Assembly (NCBI RefSeq): GCF_016432865.1
Contig: NC_067403.1
Span: forward strand, 253,518,001 to 253,582,000
Reading direction: 5' to 3'
DNA: 64,000 bases
Origin: Antechinus flavipes
Lineage: Eukaryota
Below, piece by piece: positions 24,315-37,953 of the stretch. Under the pieces are notes generated by a model. It made no database searches. It was not told the origin of the DNA and worked only from the letters and a program-made list of their open reading frames with translations. Within the stretch, counting starts at the first letter, position 1. Each line of letters opens with the position of its first letter. The position numbers were made by a program, and so were the translations under genes.

Positions 24315-27300
24315 AAGTGCTTATTGTTTACAGGCTACTAGGCTCAGCCCTTGGGGATATTGGTCTTCATCTATCTTTTTGTTCCTTGATTGCCCTTTAT
24401 TCATCCATTCAAATCAGCATTTATTAAGCACCTACTGTATTAATCTTTGCTCTAATTATAATAGTTATTGTGTACCATATAAAGATCTAAGTTTTGCAAA
24501 GCCTTTATAGAATTGATTCTATATGTCCTATACTACATACTAATTTTTTCACTGGGATGTGAGTTCCTTATTTTTGCCTTTATTTCTCTAGTGCTTACCC
24601 TGGACCATTGGAGTGACTTAATATATGTTTACTGTATATAGGTTTCTTTTATTTGATCCATACCTTTGCTCTGTGGTATATAATCACTCATAATTATCAT
24701 CCCCATTTCCCAGATGAGGAAACTGAGGCTGACAGAAGTTAAATGAAGCAGGATCTGGCTGCGGGGCAGATGTTCCATCAGAATAGCTCATTTTATCCAA
24801 AGAGGGATAAGATAGGTTAAGTATAATACAAATGAGTGGGGTGATAAGCTCATCAAAGAGAAGCAAAACTCAATTTTAAGGGAATGGTAAGAATTTAGCC
24901 CTGAGGAGGAGGAGAGAGGAGATTGCTTCAGAGCAAAGTCCAAGAGGTGGAAACTTGAAATAAATCCACATTTATTAAGCACTTGTTGTCTGCCAGGTTC
25001 CTTGTGCTGGGGATGTGAGTACGTCCAGGGGATTGGACAATGAGGGTCCACATGGGCTGTGAGGCTCCACTTCAGGAGGCCTGGGGAGGCCCCCCACTGT
25101 GTAACGGAGAGACAGGGCCCCACTTGGGAGTATCAACAGGTATCCTCTGAAGGATTCCCCGAATGGTTGGCAGAGGGCCTTCAAAGGGGGCAAAGGTCCC
25201 ACAGACCATCTCTTCTTCTCCTCCCTGATACTTTTGAAGGGGAAGAGCAGCCATTCACTTCCAGGGGAGGACAGGGAAAGCCAGGCTTTGTCTCCCCACC
25301 CACCACCACGTGTCCATGAACATGCAACGCTTTGTCTTTGGGAGACTCCTCCACCTCACTTTGAATCAAGACATGTCCCGAGATTGAGGGGGTCCTTCAG
25401 GGCCCTTCCAAGTCCCTTTAATAGCCAAGCCCTGCAGGCAGGGAGGCTAGGGCTCACCTGAGGGACACCGGCCGGAAGCCAGCTGTGGATTGGTTCTGGA
25501 CTCCCCGGGAGACCCCCTCTCCCCTCCCAGCCAGGTGGGTACTGTTGCAGGGCGGCCACCACTTTAAGCTCCAGTCCAGTCTTCCCCGAGCCTGAGTGGG
25601 TCTGCCAGGGGGAGAGAATGCATCTCTCGGTGGGAGGTGGGGCTGGGTAGTGAAGCTGAGGGGAAATTGCTGTATCTCCTCCAGTAAATGTTTCTCTGTA
25701 AAAGTTAATTGGTGCTAATTGGTTTATTGCCATTGAGGAGAGGCTAAACAATATTGGGAAGCATTGGTTCGATAAGCACTTATTAATCTCCTACTGTATG
25801 TCTAGCACTTTGCTTTAGGGTGGGGATACTGTAAAAAAAGATAAAAAGACAGTACAAGCCCTCAAAGAGCTCCCAGGAATGGAAATAAACAATAGGAAGG
25901 CATTAAAATGGAGAGGGGGTTGGGAAAAGCTTCCTGCAGAATGTAGGATTTCAGCTAAAACTTTTTTTTTTTTAATTAAAGCTTCTTATTTTCAAACTAT
26001 ACCCATGGAAAACCTTCAACATTCACCCTTACAAATCTTGTGGTCTCAGTTTTTCTCCCTTCCTTCCCCCACCCCCTCCCTTTGTAATCCAATATAGGTG
26101 AAACCCGGGCAGTTCCTCTATCCACATTTCCACAAATTATTCAACTAAAACAGAAGCCAGGAAGGTCACTGGGCCAGTGAGAAGGCCCAGAGACTGGAGA
26201 GGGAAGGGAGGGCCAGTGGAGAGAACCATTAGGAAGGGCCCCCGGGGGGAGGAGGGGTGCCTGGAAAGCCCCAAGCCCCTTGGGATTATCCCTGAAGTTC
26301 TGAAGAGAGAAGTCAGCTGCCTTCTGGGTGCCTGATGGGCTGGTTCAACTGGGGGCAGATGGAGCAGCTTCCGGGGGCAAAAACAGTCCCTGTCCTCGAG
26401 GTGCTCATCTCCTAAAGGGTCTGGGGGGCAGGGGACAACAGGAATATCATGCAAAGTACAAGACGTGGGGAATAGATTCAGAGTCTTCTTTAAGGATGGG
26501 AAGGCTCCCGCCACTGGGGAGGGGGCCTGAGAAAGATGGAGTCTTGCAGGAAGTCGGGGAAGCTAAGAGAAGGGATGATCTCGAGGTGGTTTCCATGCTG
26601 GGGGGGACAAAGCAAAGGCTGGAGATGGTGGAGGGCAGTGGGGAGGGCTGCTGAATTGTGGGCCACGTTGTGAAGGTTTAGAATGGATGCCAGTGGCCCA
26701 GACTTAGCTCCGACCGAAAGGCATCTCTCCCTGCCAGGATCCTGGTTACCTGGGCAACCTGGTCTCAGTTCCCCTGGGTTTTGTGTTTCCATGGATCCGG
26801 GGGGAGGGGCTCAGGCGCTGGGTCTGCTGTGAGCCAGCGCTTAGAAGGATCCAAACCCAGCCATTCAACCGTGAGCAAAAGCAGCCACTCCCAGCCCAGC
26901 ATGTCTGCTGCCTTCTGGGCTATGTGCCTGGCATCCCGAGCTACTCTGTGCAAAGGGCAGCCATAGCTGCCGGATCCTTGGCAACCCCCTCCCCCCGAGA
27001 CGCTGCCCTAGGTGGATTGTGGTCAGTTCTGGGCAGGACAGGAGCTGGAGAGTGGTCAGGGGAGAGGAAAGGTCTTCCGTGCTCACCATTTGTCAGGCAC
27101 CCCTCCCCCCCATAAATTCAGGCCCTTTAGGACAAGTGCCAGAACCTTCAAGTTCCAGACTCAGGAAGACACCGTCCACCATCACCTCAAAAAGGAAGTG
27201 AAAGCCCATCTGGAAACTTGTCTTTAAAAAAAATCGGTCCCTTCCCCTATTCCTCACTTCCCTTCGGACTAGGCCAGGCCTTTCCAGTCTTGACCAGACC

Positions 27301-28369
27301 TCCCAGATGCTTCCTGAGATGACCAGAGCCCCTCCCTCAGGTTCAGGGGTCAGAGCTGGGCAGGGGAATCCTGTGACCCCAGCCCCTCCCTCAGGTGAAC
27401 GCTGTGAGAGATACCAGTCCTCCCCAGATCGAGGAGGGTCTTGGGATTCTGAATTGGGAAGTGACTGAGTTCCTCTGGCCCAATCCATCCCCTGAGGAAA
27501 CGAAACCCAGAAATGTGACTTTCTCAAAGAGGGGTCACTGGGAGCAGAAAGGTGATGGGAACCTGTTTCTTTGATTGCCATCCGGTCCCACACTAGTGTC
27601 TGGGGTTTCCCCTTAAGCCAGCCCCTTTACTTTAGCCAAGCTTAGCTGACAGCCCTCGGAAGGCAAGCCTGGAGCCGTGGGAGTGAAAAGTGGGCCTGGG
27701 GTCGGGGAGGCCGAGCTGGGCTGGCCTGGGCCCTGAGGTGTGGACAGGGGCGCTCCCAGGCTCGTGTCCTCCTGATCCCAGTGCCGAGGGCGCCAGACTT
27801 GCATGACTCTGTTTTCCTCCATGTGGATGCAGATGCCTACTTCCCCTCTGCCCAAAGAGCTTCTGCTGCCCCACCGAGGTCTCCTTAAGGCACCTCTGGG
27901 GCTGTCCAGCTGCTGGGCCGGGGCTCCGGGAGGAGGGGATGGGTGCCACAGACACAACATTCCCCTCAGCCGGGTTGGGCAACGAAATCCGGGGCACTAA
28001 GTGCCAACCAGGCGCAGAGCAGAATAGAAGGTCCCAGTCTAGGAGAAGGAGGGGGAGGAGCGGCTCCTCGGGATGGGCGCTTTTTCCTGAGCCCCCGTTG
28101 GACGAACCTCCTTCTGTCAGATGTCTGCTGTTCTAGGACTGTCTCTTTGTGTTGCGTTCCCAAGCCTGAACCGCAGGGTCAGCATTAGTCAGGCTTAAGA
28201 GGGAGCAAAACCCTATATTGCTTCGATACATGCGGGCGATACTAAGTTTTAAAAAAGTATCCCATGGCTCCTACCCTTAAAGAAGTTACATTTGATTCCC
28301 TCCCCAGTCACTTGCCTCCCAAAGCCTGGGCTCTGTTCTCTCTCCTGGGACTTTCCTCAGAACTCTGCA

Positions 28370-28477
28370 CCCTCCGGGTACCCACCTGTGCCCTCTGTGT
28401 ACCCAGCAGTGCCTTCCAGGTACCCAGTGGTGCCCTCCAGGTACCCACCTGTGCCCTCCGGGTACCCAGCAGTGCCC
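28370..28477. repeat. 21-bp minisatellite, five copies
   Basis: ccctccgggtacccacctgtg-type units repeated in tandem. Confidence 0.92.
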
Positions 28478-29279
28478 ACAGTATCTCTCCTTCCCTCGGG
28501 CAAAGGCTTAGACAAACAGGGTGGAGGATTTGTTCAGGGAGAAATAGCAGAAGGAAGGGCAGAGGCAGGTGAAGTGAGGTGAGCATTCAGCCATTGCCTG
28601 GTTCTTGAAGATCGCATCCTGGAGAGGAGGAAGAGGAGGACGCCTCCTCATGGAAGGAAATCACTTACTGGCTGCCATTTATTCTGAACAAGGTGAGTTG
28701 TCTGACTCCCCGAGGGTAGTACGGAGGCTCCCAGTATATTAATTAATCCATTAACCACTTAATGATAATCACTGACATTTATAGAGCTCTTTATAGACAT
28801 TATCTCATCGGCCTGTGAGATAACAATTACGGTTATTATTCCCATTTCACAGCTGAGGAAAGCGGAGCAGTTAGTAGGAATTCCAGCACTTAGGGCAAAT
28901 TTGACGGGGCTGGGGGTCTAAGGAGTGAGTGTTTCTGTACGGTCGAGGCAGACTAGAAACACGGGCATGGGAGGGGAGGAGACAGGTGCAATATTCTAGG
29001 TAACAGGTGAGCTCAGCCTGATCAGGGGAGTGGAGAGGAGGGGGCAGATGGGAAAATCCCATGGCCGTCAAATCACAAGGTCACAATGGACGAGGTTAGA
29101 GAGGGTGATGGTGAGGATCAGCAACCAAGGGGCAGACATCCCTCCCACACAGCACAGCAGCATCCCAAAGCCTCCGTTGTGTAAGAACTGAGGGGAGAGT
29201 TGTGTCACGGGCTCATCAGACCGAGAGGGAAACAGCCTTGAAACTGAGAGCTTGTTGGAGAAGCAGGCCCAACTCCGAG

Positions 29280-30390
29280 GCAACATTTTTTCCTCAGTTA
29301 TATTTTATTTTTCCAGATACACATAAAGATAGTTTTCACGCTAAGATGACAGGAAAAGATAATGACAAATGTTGGAGGGGATGTGGGAAAACTGGGACAC
29401 TGATGCATTGTGGGTGGAATTGTGAACGGATCCAACCATTATGGAGAGCGAGCTGGAATTATGCCCAATGGGCTGTAATACTGTATACCCTTTGACCCAG
29501 CAGGGCCATTACTGGGTCTGTATCCCAAGGAAATCATAAAGGAGGGAAAGGGACCCATATGTATTGAAATGCAGCAGCTCTTTTTGTGGTAGAAAAGAAT
29601 TAAAAAATGAGCAATTGGGGAATGGCTGAAGAAATTGTGGTACATGAAGGTAATAGAATAGTCCTGTATTAAAAATGATGAACAAGCTGATTATAGAAAG
29701 GCCTGGAGAGATTGACATGAATAAATGCTAAGCGAAACAAGCAAGAATATATGTGTTGATTTACAATCAATCTTCTTAGTTCTTTTTCTGGAGGCTGATG
29801 GCGTTTTTTGTCCAAAGTTTATTAGATGTCCTGGATCACTGAACAGATTGAATGTAAATCAACACATGTTATATTTACTTCTTTTTTTCTGTTTTTTTTT
29901 TTATAATATCTCCCATGGTTTTTCCCTTTTGTTTCGATTTTTTCTCTCCCAACATGATTCATAAAGCAATATGTCTTTAAAATAAATAAATATTTTTTTA
30001 AGAGAAGGGGGGGAAAATATAGTTTTCAGCATTTTTGTAAGACTTTGGATTCCAAATTTTTCTCCCTCCTTCTCTTACTCCCTACCCCAGACAGCAAACA
30101 ATCTGATACAGATTAAATATGTGCAATTCTTTTAAACATTTCCATATTTGTCATGTTGTGCAAGAAAACTCAGCTCAAAGGGGAAAAAAGAAAAAGCAAA
30201 TAACAAAAACCAACAGGAAAAATTCTCTGCTTCAATCCCCATTCGGTCCCCATCGTTCCATCCCAAATCCATCCGAGTTGCCTCGAATCACGGCATTGTG
30301 AGAAGAGCCAAGTCCATGGCAGTTGATCCTCACATAATCTTGTTGTTGTTGTGCACAATGTTCTTCCTTCACTCGCTTCACTGCATATTA
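29280..30390. mobile_element. Cluster of L1 fragments in both orientations
   Basis: ORF2 C-terminal text (DKCWRGCGKTGTLMHCGWNCERIQPLW) on +, and L1 3'-UTR segments on -. Confidence 0.75.
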
Positions 30391-31290
30391 ACTATCTCCC
30401 CCCACCCCACCCTAGAAACCCAAGAGTCAACTTCATTTCCCAAAAGCCAGAGTCAAGTTTACTTCCTGGTCACTCAACCCTCACGTCAAGGCGTCTCCCT
30501 CCCCAGGGTGACTAGTCCCAACCAAGGCCCTCAAGTTTCCTCATTTTTGGGGTGTTCTTCCTCAATCTGTATCTGCAAACAAAACGAAGTATTCTTTAGG
30601 TTAGAAGAAAGAATGAACTTGGAGGGTTGATTCATCACAGTAATGGGGCTGGGTCAGAACCTCCTCCGCCCCTGGGCATTAGAAGAGTCTCCTTGGTGTG
30701 ACCTTTTGGGAGTTGGCCCTGGTTGGAGTTGAAAGAGATGAGGTGAGATCTTTCAAGACAGGTGTGAAAATCAAGGAAGGCTTCATCTACTTCAGAGTTG
30801 GAGTAGGCCTGAAGGACTTTGAGCATTGATCCAAGGGCACACCTAAGTCCCCTTCCTGCTGCCCTCCCACAACATCATTTTCTCCCTATTTCAGTCAAAT
30901 ATGGGCAATATGTACTTATTGATCAAGTTCAATTTCATGGTAGTTCCTGCATTTAGAATGTAAGATCCTCAGCCAATGAGGATGAGGATCAGGAGGTATC
31001 TGCATTAGGGATTAAAGCCCCCAGGAGTGCTTCCTCCCTTCCATGGTCTGCTCAATGGGTGGGACACCCTTCTCAGCCCTTCTCAGCCCTTCTCAGCCCT
31101 TCTTAGCCCTTCTCACAAGAATGGATAATAAACTTTGCTTTGCTTCTAGAGATCTCTCCAGCTTTTTTTTTATTAAGTGGTGACCCCCCCCCCACCATTT
31201 CTGAGCCACACAGAGTCTCATCAGGGTCTCCCGCAAATATGGTTCTTTTCCTGACCCCCACTCAGTAGGTTATATGCTTGGTTCCCCCTG
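30390..31290 (+). mobile_element. Possible solo LTR remnant
   Basis: AT-rich TATA-like gattaaa (~31012), AATAAA (31127-31132) and a U5-like tract ctttgctttgcttc. Impression only; boundaries uncertain. Confidence 0.2.
31067..31115. repeat. 10-bp tandem repeat (cccttctcag) x5
   Basis: Directly visible. Confidence 0.9.
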
Positions 31291-32226
31291 AAGAGTTTAC
31301 TGACTGTGGAAAGAATGAATGAAGGTGGACCTCAGGGCCCGAGGCCTTCCTGCCGGGATCTGCAGAACAACACAAAACCCCTCAGGAGAGAGAGATTCTC
31401 CATCCCCCTCCCCCCACACTCCCCCCATTCCCAGACAGTCAACTAGGCCCAGAATTCCACCCTGGAACCGCCCTTTTGGATTCAAGGATTAATTATAGAA
31501 TCAGAGCAGGGCCCCATGAGGCGGCTCTCCATCTTGTCTACTGGTATCATGCCAAAGGGGAGGGGAAGTTGGTCTCCTCAGTTAGCCGCCCTCGGACCGT
31601 GCTGGGTCCTAGCCTTGACTTCCTGGCTGCTCGGGTGACACAACTTATCCCAGGACTGCCAGGCGGTAACCGAGCGTGAGGAATCCCACATTCAGCTCGG
31701 GGGACTCTGCTCATGCCGCTGGAACTGGGGGTACCTGGGACCCTGGTCAGGGGCGTGCCGCCCGAGAGGCGCCCTTCTTGGGGATGAAGGGGGATTTGTT
31801 AGTGAGGACCCCGAGGAAGCCAGAGAAAATGAAAGATGTTCAAGAAAAAGTCAGGAGAGGGAGGGAAATGTCTGTAAAGAGCTTTCAGGGCCAAATGCTG
31901 GGTTTTCTGTTTGATCCTGAGGTAATAGGGAGCCACTGGAGGTTATTGAAAGAGGGGTCAGACCTGTTGTGCTTCAGGAAAATCATCACTTGGCCTGGGG
32001 AGGAGGCACCTTGGTCCGAGAAGCACCCAGCAAGAGGCGAGCCTCTGACTTCTTGGTATTCCCTGGCTGCCAGCTTAAATAACTCTCAGCACTGGTCAAA
32101 AGCCACATTGTGTCTGTCAGAACAGAGATTTCCCATGCCAAACCCGGGGGTTCTGAGGGAAGTTCTCCTGGGAGAGAGGCTGGACATGAGTGAAGACAGG
32201 GGAGAGGCCAGTCTTACAGCCATGGC

Positions 32227-32810
32227 CTGTCAGAGCTGGGAGGGCCCTTGGAATATGGATGGTTAGAACTAGGACAGACCCAAGAACACAGATTGTCAGA
32301 GCTTGGAGGGCCCTTAGAACATGGAATGTCTGAGCTGGGAGAGCCCTTAGAACATGGAATGTCAAAGCTAGGATAGATCCAAGAACACAGACTGTCAGAG
32401 CTTGAGGGCCCTTAGAACATGGAATGTCAAAGCTAGGAGAGACCCAAGAACACAGATTGTCAGAGCTTGGAGGGCCCTTAGAACATAGAATGTCCGAGCT
32501 GGGAGAGCCCTTAGAACATGGAATGTCAAAGCTAGGATAGATCCAAGAACACAGACTGTCTGAGCTGGGAGAGCCCTTAGAACATGGAATGTCAAAGCTA
32601 GGAGAGACCCAAGAACACAGACTGTCAGAGCTTGGAGGGCCCTTAGAACATAGAATGTCTGAGCTGGGAGAACCCTTAGAACATGGAATGTCAAAGCTAG
32701 GAGAGACCCAAGAACACAGACTGTCAGAGCTTGGAGGGCCCTTAGAACATAGAATGTCCGAGCTGGGAAGGTCCTCAGAGCAGGGAATGGGAGAGTTGGG
32801 AGGATCCTTA
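32227..32810 (+). repeat. 33-bp minisatellite (~17 copies) with a 99-bp higher-order trimer
   Basis: Unit agaacatggaatgtcagagctgggagggccctt in three alternating variants. Confidence 0.92.
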
Positions 32811-35800
32811 AAGACGGCTGGCCCCAAAGCTCTTCTGTAACATTGGAGGGAGCTGAAGCCCAGAGGAGGTCACATAGCCAGTCTGGGCCAGAGCCTCCCC
32901 TTCCTTCTCCCCTCCCCCACCTTCCTGCCTACTTTGGCCACTTTCTTGGCCAACTTTTGTCTCTCTCCCGGGCAGCTGCACCACACAAAGCCGGTCCCTG
33001 GCCAGGAACTCGCCCCCCTGTTCAGTTGTCGAGCCTTCTCCTCCCCAGAGCTTATTCATGCCTCCTATGTCTTTCTCCTTTCGGGCAGCCCTGGGGATGG
33101 CAGGGCGCTGAGTGGGATGCCCCGTTGACTGACGGGCCCTCTGAGAAGCTTGGCAGTTTTCCGGGGGCCTCAACGGGGGCTTCTAGGAAGGGGTTCAGAC
33201 TAATCCCCCGGCCTCCAGGTCTGGCCTCCTTTTCACTGTATGCAAAGTTCCTTCATCCCCTACGTCCACAGACTGTAAATATGGAGCGAGCAGACCCGGG
33301 CGTCCCGCCTCCACCCCCTGCCTGGGCCCCTGGAGCAGCAGCTGGCTGGGTCCGGCGGGAGTCAGACCACCACAAGTGGGAGGGAGAAGACTTGGCAGCG
33401 GGGACCCATCGGCCATCTGGAGGCTGGCGTTAACTCCCTCCGCTCTGGCCGGGCAGGAGTCGGCGCTTTGCAGGGCCCGGCGCCCGGGCATCCAAGAACA
33501 AGCCTCGCTGCCAGTTAACTCTCACGGTTAATCTTCTCTGGGGAGCAGAGGGCTCACATTGTTATTTTTCATGTGCCCGAGGAAGCAGCAACAGATGGGG
33601 CATCTGGGCCCCAGACAGACAGCGGGCCAGGCCGCCAGGCCCTGGAGCACCCTGGGCCTCTGCCCCTAATTCAATGACTGGCAGAGTTAACCGTTTCAGC
33701 CTGGCAAGAAAATGGGAGAGGTTGGACAAAAAGTACTGGAGGCCGATCCATCCAGAGCTGTGGGGACCCCAACGCCCCTCTAAGCCAACCCCCAGCTTTT
33801 CCTGTTGGGGAAACCAAAGGGGTGCGAGTGGAATGGGATGGGGGAAGGGCCCCCCAACAGAACAGACTGCTGGGGGGGAGGTTCTGACTCCCGGGGCAGC
33901 AGCATTCTGCCCATGGCTGCCCCAGGCCACTGCCTCCTCTCAGAATCCAAGGGTCCAAGCGGCTACTTTTCCTCTCAAGCCTTCAGAGACTCCCCATCGG
34001 CACTGGTCCGGAAAGTCCCACCCAGAGGGCGGCTGACTCTATCTCCCTCAGGAGTCGGGGGCAGTTCTAAGGAGCTGTGGGATTCTCTAACGTGGCTTGA
34101 GGTGTTTTCTCAGGGGTCAGTGACCCTTCTCAGAATCTCCCCTTTCTTGGTAATCAGCCTCACCACCGATCTGGCCAGGTAACCTCAGCTAGCTCGCACA
34201 CAGGGATTCTTTTCTGAAAGATGGAGGAAGGAGAGGCAGCCCCTGAACGGGCCGGTCTCCTGTTCCAGCACATCCAGTCCCAGGGGAGAAGGGCCCGAAG
34301 CTCACTCGGGGTACACTTGGTCACCAGGCCACGTCTGAGCGTCCCGTGGCTACCGGACCCCTCGGCCCCCGACGCAGAGCAGAACGCCCTGAGTGAGCAG
34401 AACCGGCTCGGCCCGGCCGTCAGGGCTGCGCTGGCAAAGGCTGGCTCCGGCCTCTGGCAGCTTGTTCTTCAGGCCTCTCGGAGCCCACGAGGATGTAGCT
34501 GTCACACCTCGAGCAGGAAGAGCAGGCCATGGACGCCCAGGCCGGGGATGCTCCCACCAGGGAAACAGAGGCTCCAGGCCTCCCACCCGGCTCTCTCTCC
34601 TTCCCTTCCTCCTCTTTCTCTCTCTTTCTTCCCTCTGTCTTTCCTTGCTTCTTTCTCCCTCCTTCCCTCTCTTTCTCTCTCCCTCCTTCCCTCTCTTTCC
34701 CTCTTCCTCCTTCCTTTTCTTTCTCCTCTCTCTCTTTTTACCCCTCCCTTTCTTTTTACCCTTCTCCTCACTCTTTATCTCTCCCATTATGACTAGAACT
34801 TAGTTTGTGATATAGTCACAGGACCTGAGGAAGAAAAGTTATATAGGGAGGATTCAGACTCGCTATCCCAGGGAAACCAGGAGTCATGGATGGTGTTTGA
34901 GCAGAAGATAGCCGTCGTGGGTTATTCTGGAAGGATGGATCTACCAGGATAGGAATGGGCAGCAAGAGACCAAGTGGGGTAAGAGATGTCAAGGGACAAG
35001 ACCAAGGCGATACTGAGCCTCCGACACCCAGCTGTGTGAGTCTGAAAAAGCTACTTTAACCCTTCCCTGACTCAGTTTCCTCAGCTATAAATGGAGGATG
35101 ATAATGGCCCTACCTCCCAGGCTCAAGTGAGAGAACGTTTTTTGCCAAGCTTCAAGTGCCCCCTTTTATTACTAATTCTTGTTGCATGGATGCAGCAGGG
35201 ATAAAACTGGCAGGCCAGGGCAGGTGATGGAAGGTGGGAAGTGGGAGGGAGAAGAGGGGAAGGGTCAAGAAGGTCAGAGCTCTAGGTGTTGGGGAGGCTG
35301 GAGCAGTGCCCAGCCGGCACGAGGAAGTGTGGAGCAGAGTCTCGTGGAGGGAGGATCAACCCCACATCTTGCTGGCTTCAGGCCGGCTCTTCACTCAGCT
35401 ATACTGGCTTGCTAATGGAGAGGATGCTGAGGGCCACAAGGGGTTCTAGACAAGGAAGCCCAAACTGGGAGACGCTCAGAACGGAATCGAGAACCAGAAG
35501 CTTTCTCCAGCTGGGCACATTTAACACTGACCAGCCAGGGAAAGCAGGTCCCCTCGGGGCCTCTCACTGGTTCAGGAAAATTCGGGCCTGCCCCAGGTCT
35601 CAGAAAACCCTTTAGCTTCTGCTCCCAGTGAACAGGGCGGGTCTTTCTGGCCCACGGTGGCAGGTTTAAGTTTCTGAGAGGCCGGGGTGTCTCTCTGGAG
35701 TTACACCATAAATTATTCAGCCGCCCCAGCCCAGGCCGGCCAGAGCTGAGTAGAGGAAGGGTCAGGGAGCTTCTGCACTGAGACAAATTGGGCCTGGCTC

Positions 35801-36279
35801 CGGCCGGCCCCGCCGATACTTGGCAAAGCTCGTCCCCGGCGCCCACAACAGGTGCGTGGGGCAAGGCTGCCCTTACAAGGCGGGCATTTCAGGAGGAGAG
35901 TCTGTCTCCCAGCTCCCTGAATAACCCTTCCCATGCGCCAGAAGCCCCTCTCTGGGGGACAAAGCCTTTCCCTCCCCTTTTCAGAGGCAGGGTTCCAAAA
36001 AATCCATCAAAATCAATCCCTGGAATCTCTAAGAGCCCAGTGACTTAAATTTCCCTTCCAGAGGCAGTGTATAGAACGTTCTAATGTTTTAACCATTCTG
36101 TGCCTCAGTTTCTCTATCTCGAAAGACAAGGTAGGGGGAGAAAAATGACAATTACCAAAGAGACACATTGAACTGGTCCAACCTTTGTGGAGAGCAATTT
36201 GGAATTATGTCCTCGAAGCTATTAAAGTGTGGGCCCTTTGACCCAGTGATACCATTGGTAAGTCTCTAAAGAAATTAAA

Positions 36280-36427
36280 GGAGCAGCTGAGTGGTGCAGT
36301 GGATAGAGCACCAGCCCTGAAATCAGGAGGACCTGAGGTCAACTCTGACCTCAGACACTTCGCTGTGTGGCCCTGGGCAAGTCACTTAACCCCAATTGCC
36401 TTAGCAAAAAAAAAAAAAAAAAAAAAA
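36280..36427 (+). mobile_element. WSINE1-like SINE inserted into an older L1 fragment (~36150-36900)
   Basis: gagcagctgagtggtgcagtggatagagcacc...cacttaaccccaattgccttagc(A)n, with aaattaaag repeated on both sides. Other copies on - at 38927-39067 and 46319-46468. Confidence 0.85.
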
Positions 36428-37714
36428 TTAAAGAAAGGGCAAAAGGAGCCATGTGTACAAGTATATTTACAGCAGCATTTTTTGGTAGGGATAAAGAACT
36501 GGAAACTAAGGGAGTGCCCAATAGTGAGGGAACGGCCAGCTAAACCGAAGAGGATGGAATACTGTGGTGCTGTCAGAAATGATGATGGGGACGAATTCAG
36601 ACAAAGCTAGAAAACTTGATATGAGCTGATGCGGACCATGTCTGCAACACTGGAGAGATAATCAGCTTTGACAGACTGAGGGTCCTGGATCCCAGCTGGC
36701 TCCTGATGGAACATGTTCTCTGCCTCCCAATGGACACAGGGCACATCAAGAGATCCTGTTATTGACATGACCAATGGGGGCATTTGCTTTGCTTCCTGAT
36801 AACGGGGATTTTTTTCTTTTTCTTTTTCTCAGGGTGGAACAACAGGGAGGGATGATGGAGAGAAAGAAAATTTAGATTTCCATTGAATGAAAAAAAAAAT
36901 CAATTAAGAGGATGGATCGGATACCCTGGCCTTCTGGTTCTGGATAGGGAGCTTGTTTTGAGTGAAGCTTTTGTGGGGGGCGGGGCGTCAGGTGGTAACC
37001 CTTGGGATGGAAAGGACCTCAGTGGCCTTTGATACCAGGGTCAGAGGTGAGAAAGACTGATTTATGACATGGCTCAGTTTGGTCACAAAGAAGGATTCAT
37101 AAATGGCTGAGAGGTTGGAATCCCTATGAGGGGACACCCATTCAACCTGGCAGCATCCCTCGTAAAACACAACGCCCAGAACCAAAGGAAATGCTGCTTT
37201 AATTCAACCAGGGTCAAGGCCAGGGGACTGATTGCTTCTTATGAGCTGGATTCTCCTTTTATTGACTCTAAGAGCCCTGAGCAGCAGCGGTTCAGAAAGT
37301 TCCATGGAGAGAGCACACAGACGGAGAGTCAGGGACCCGAAATTGTAGTCCTAGCTCTAACCTTACCCAACGGGGCACCCTTGGCTTGACTTTGCTCATG
37401 TGTATGATAAGTAGATTGGATGAGATGATTGATAAAGTCCTTTCTAACCAACAACACTCATGTCCAAAGATCCTCCTGAGCTCTGAGCTCTATGTTCTAA
37501 GTCGTCTCTCAGATCTGACGTTAGACTTATGGATATTCATAGAATGTAAGCCTCTTGAAAGCAGGGGCTGATTCGTTTTTGTCTTTCTATCATCCGCACC
37601 TAGCATTGGGTCTGGCGTATGGAACTTGTTTAATAGAGATTGGTGCTTTATTGATTGATTTTCTATTATCAAAGAGTTCTATCTATCTATTCCTTCTAGG
37701 CTCAAAATGTGATA

Positions 37715-37953
37715 TGTGTTTTGGTCCAAGGATCCCCTAACTTTGACATTCCATGTTCTAAGGTCCCTCCCGGCTCTGACAATCCATCTTCTAAGGTCCC
37801 TCCCATCTCTGACAGTCCATGTTCTAAGTGCCCTCTCAGTTCTGACAATCCATGTTCCAAGGTCCCTCCCATCTCTGACAATCCATGTTCTAAGGGCCCC
37901 CTCAGTTCTGATATTCCATGTTCCAAGTTTACTTCCAGCTCTGACACTCTATG
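37715..37953 (-). repeat. 33-bp minisatellite of the same family, inverted (~7 copies)
   Basis: tctgacattccatgttctaaggtccctccc units are the reverse complement of the 32.2-kb unit. Confidence 0.9.

Noticed and set aside
32117-32840. 236-aa Cys/Ser repeat ORF (SDILCSKGPPS)n and its antisense counterpart
   Set aside because: The unit length (33 bp) is a multiple of 3, so frames stay open on both strands. There are no splice signals or promoter, and the same unit is scattered in both orientations.
36280-36427. tRNA-like A/B-box sequence
   Set aside because: Head of a tRNA-derived SINE with a poly(A) tail and TSD; no cloverleaf or anticodon arm.
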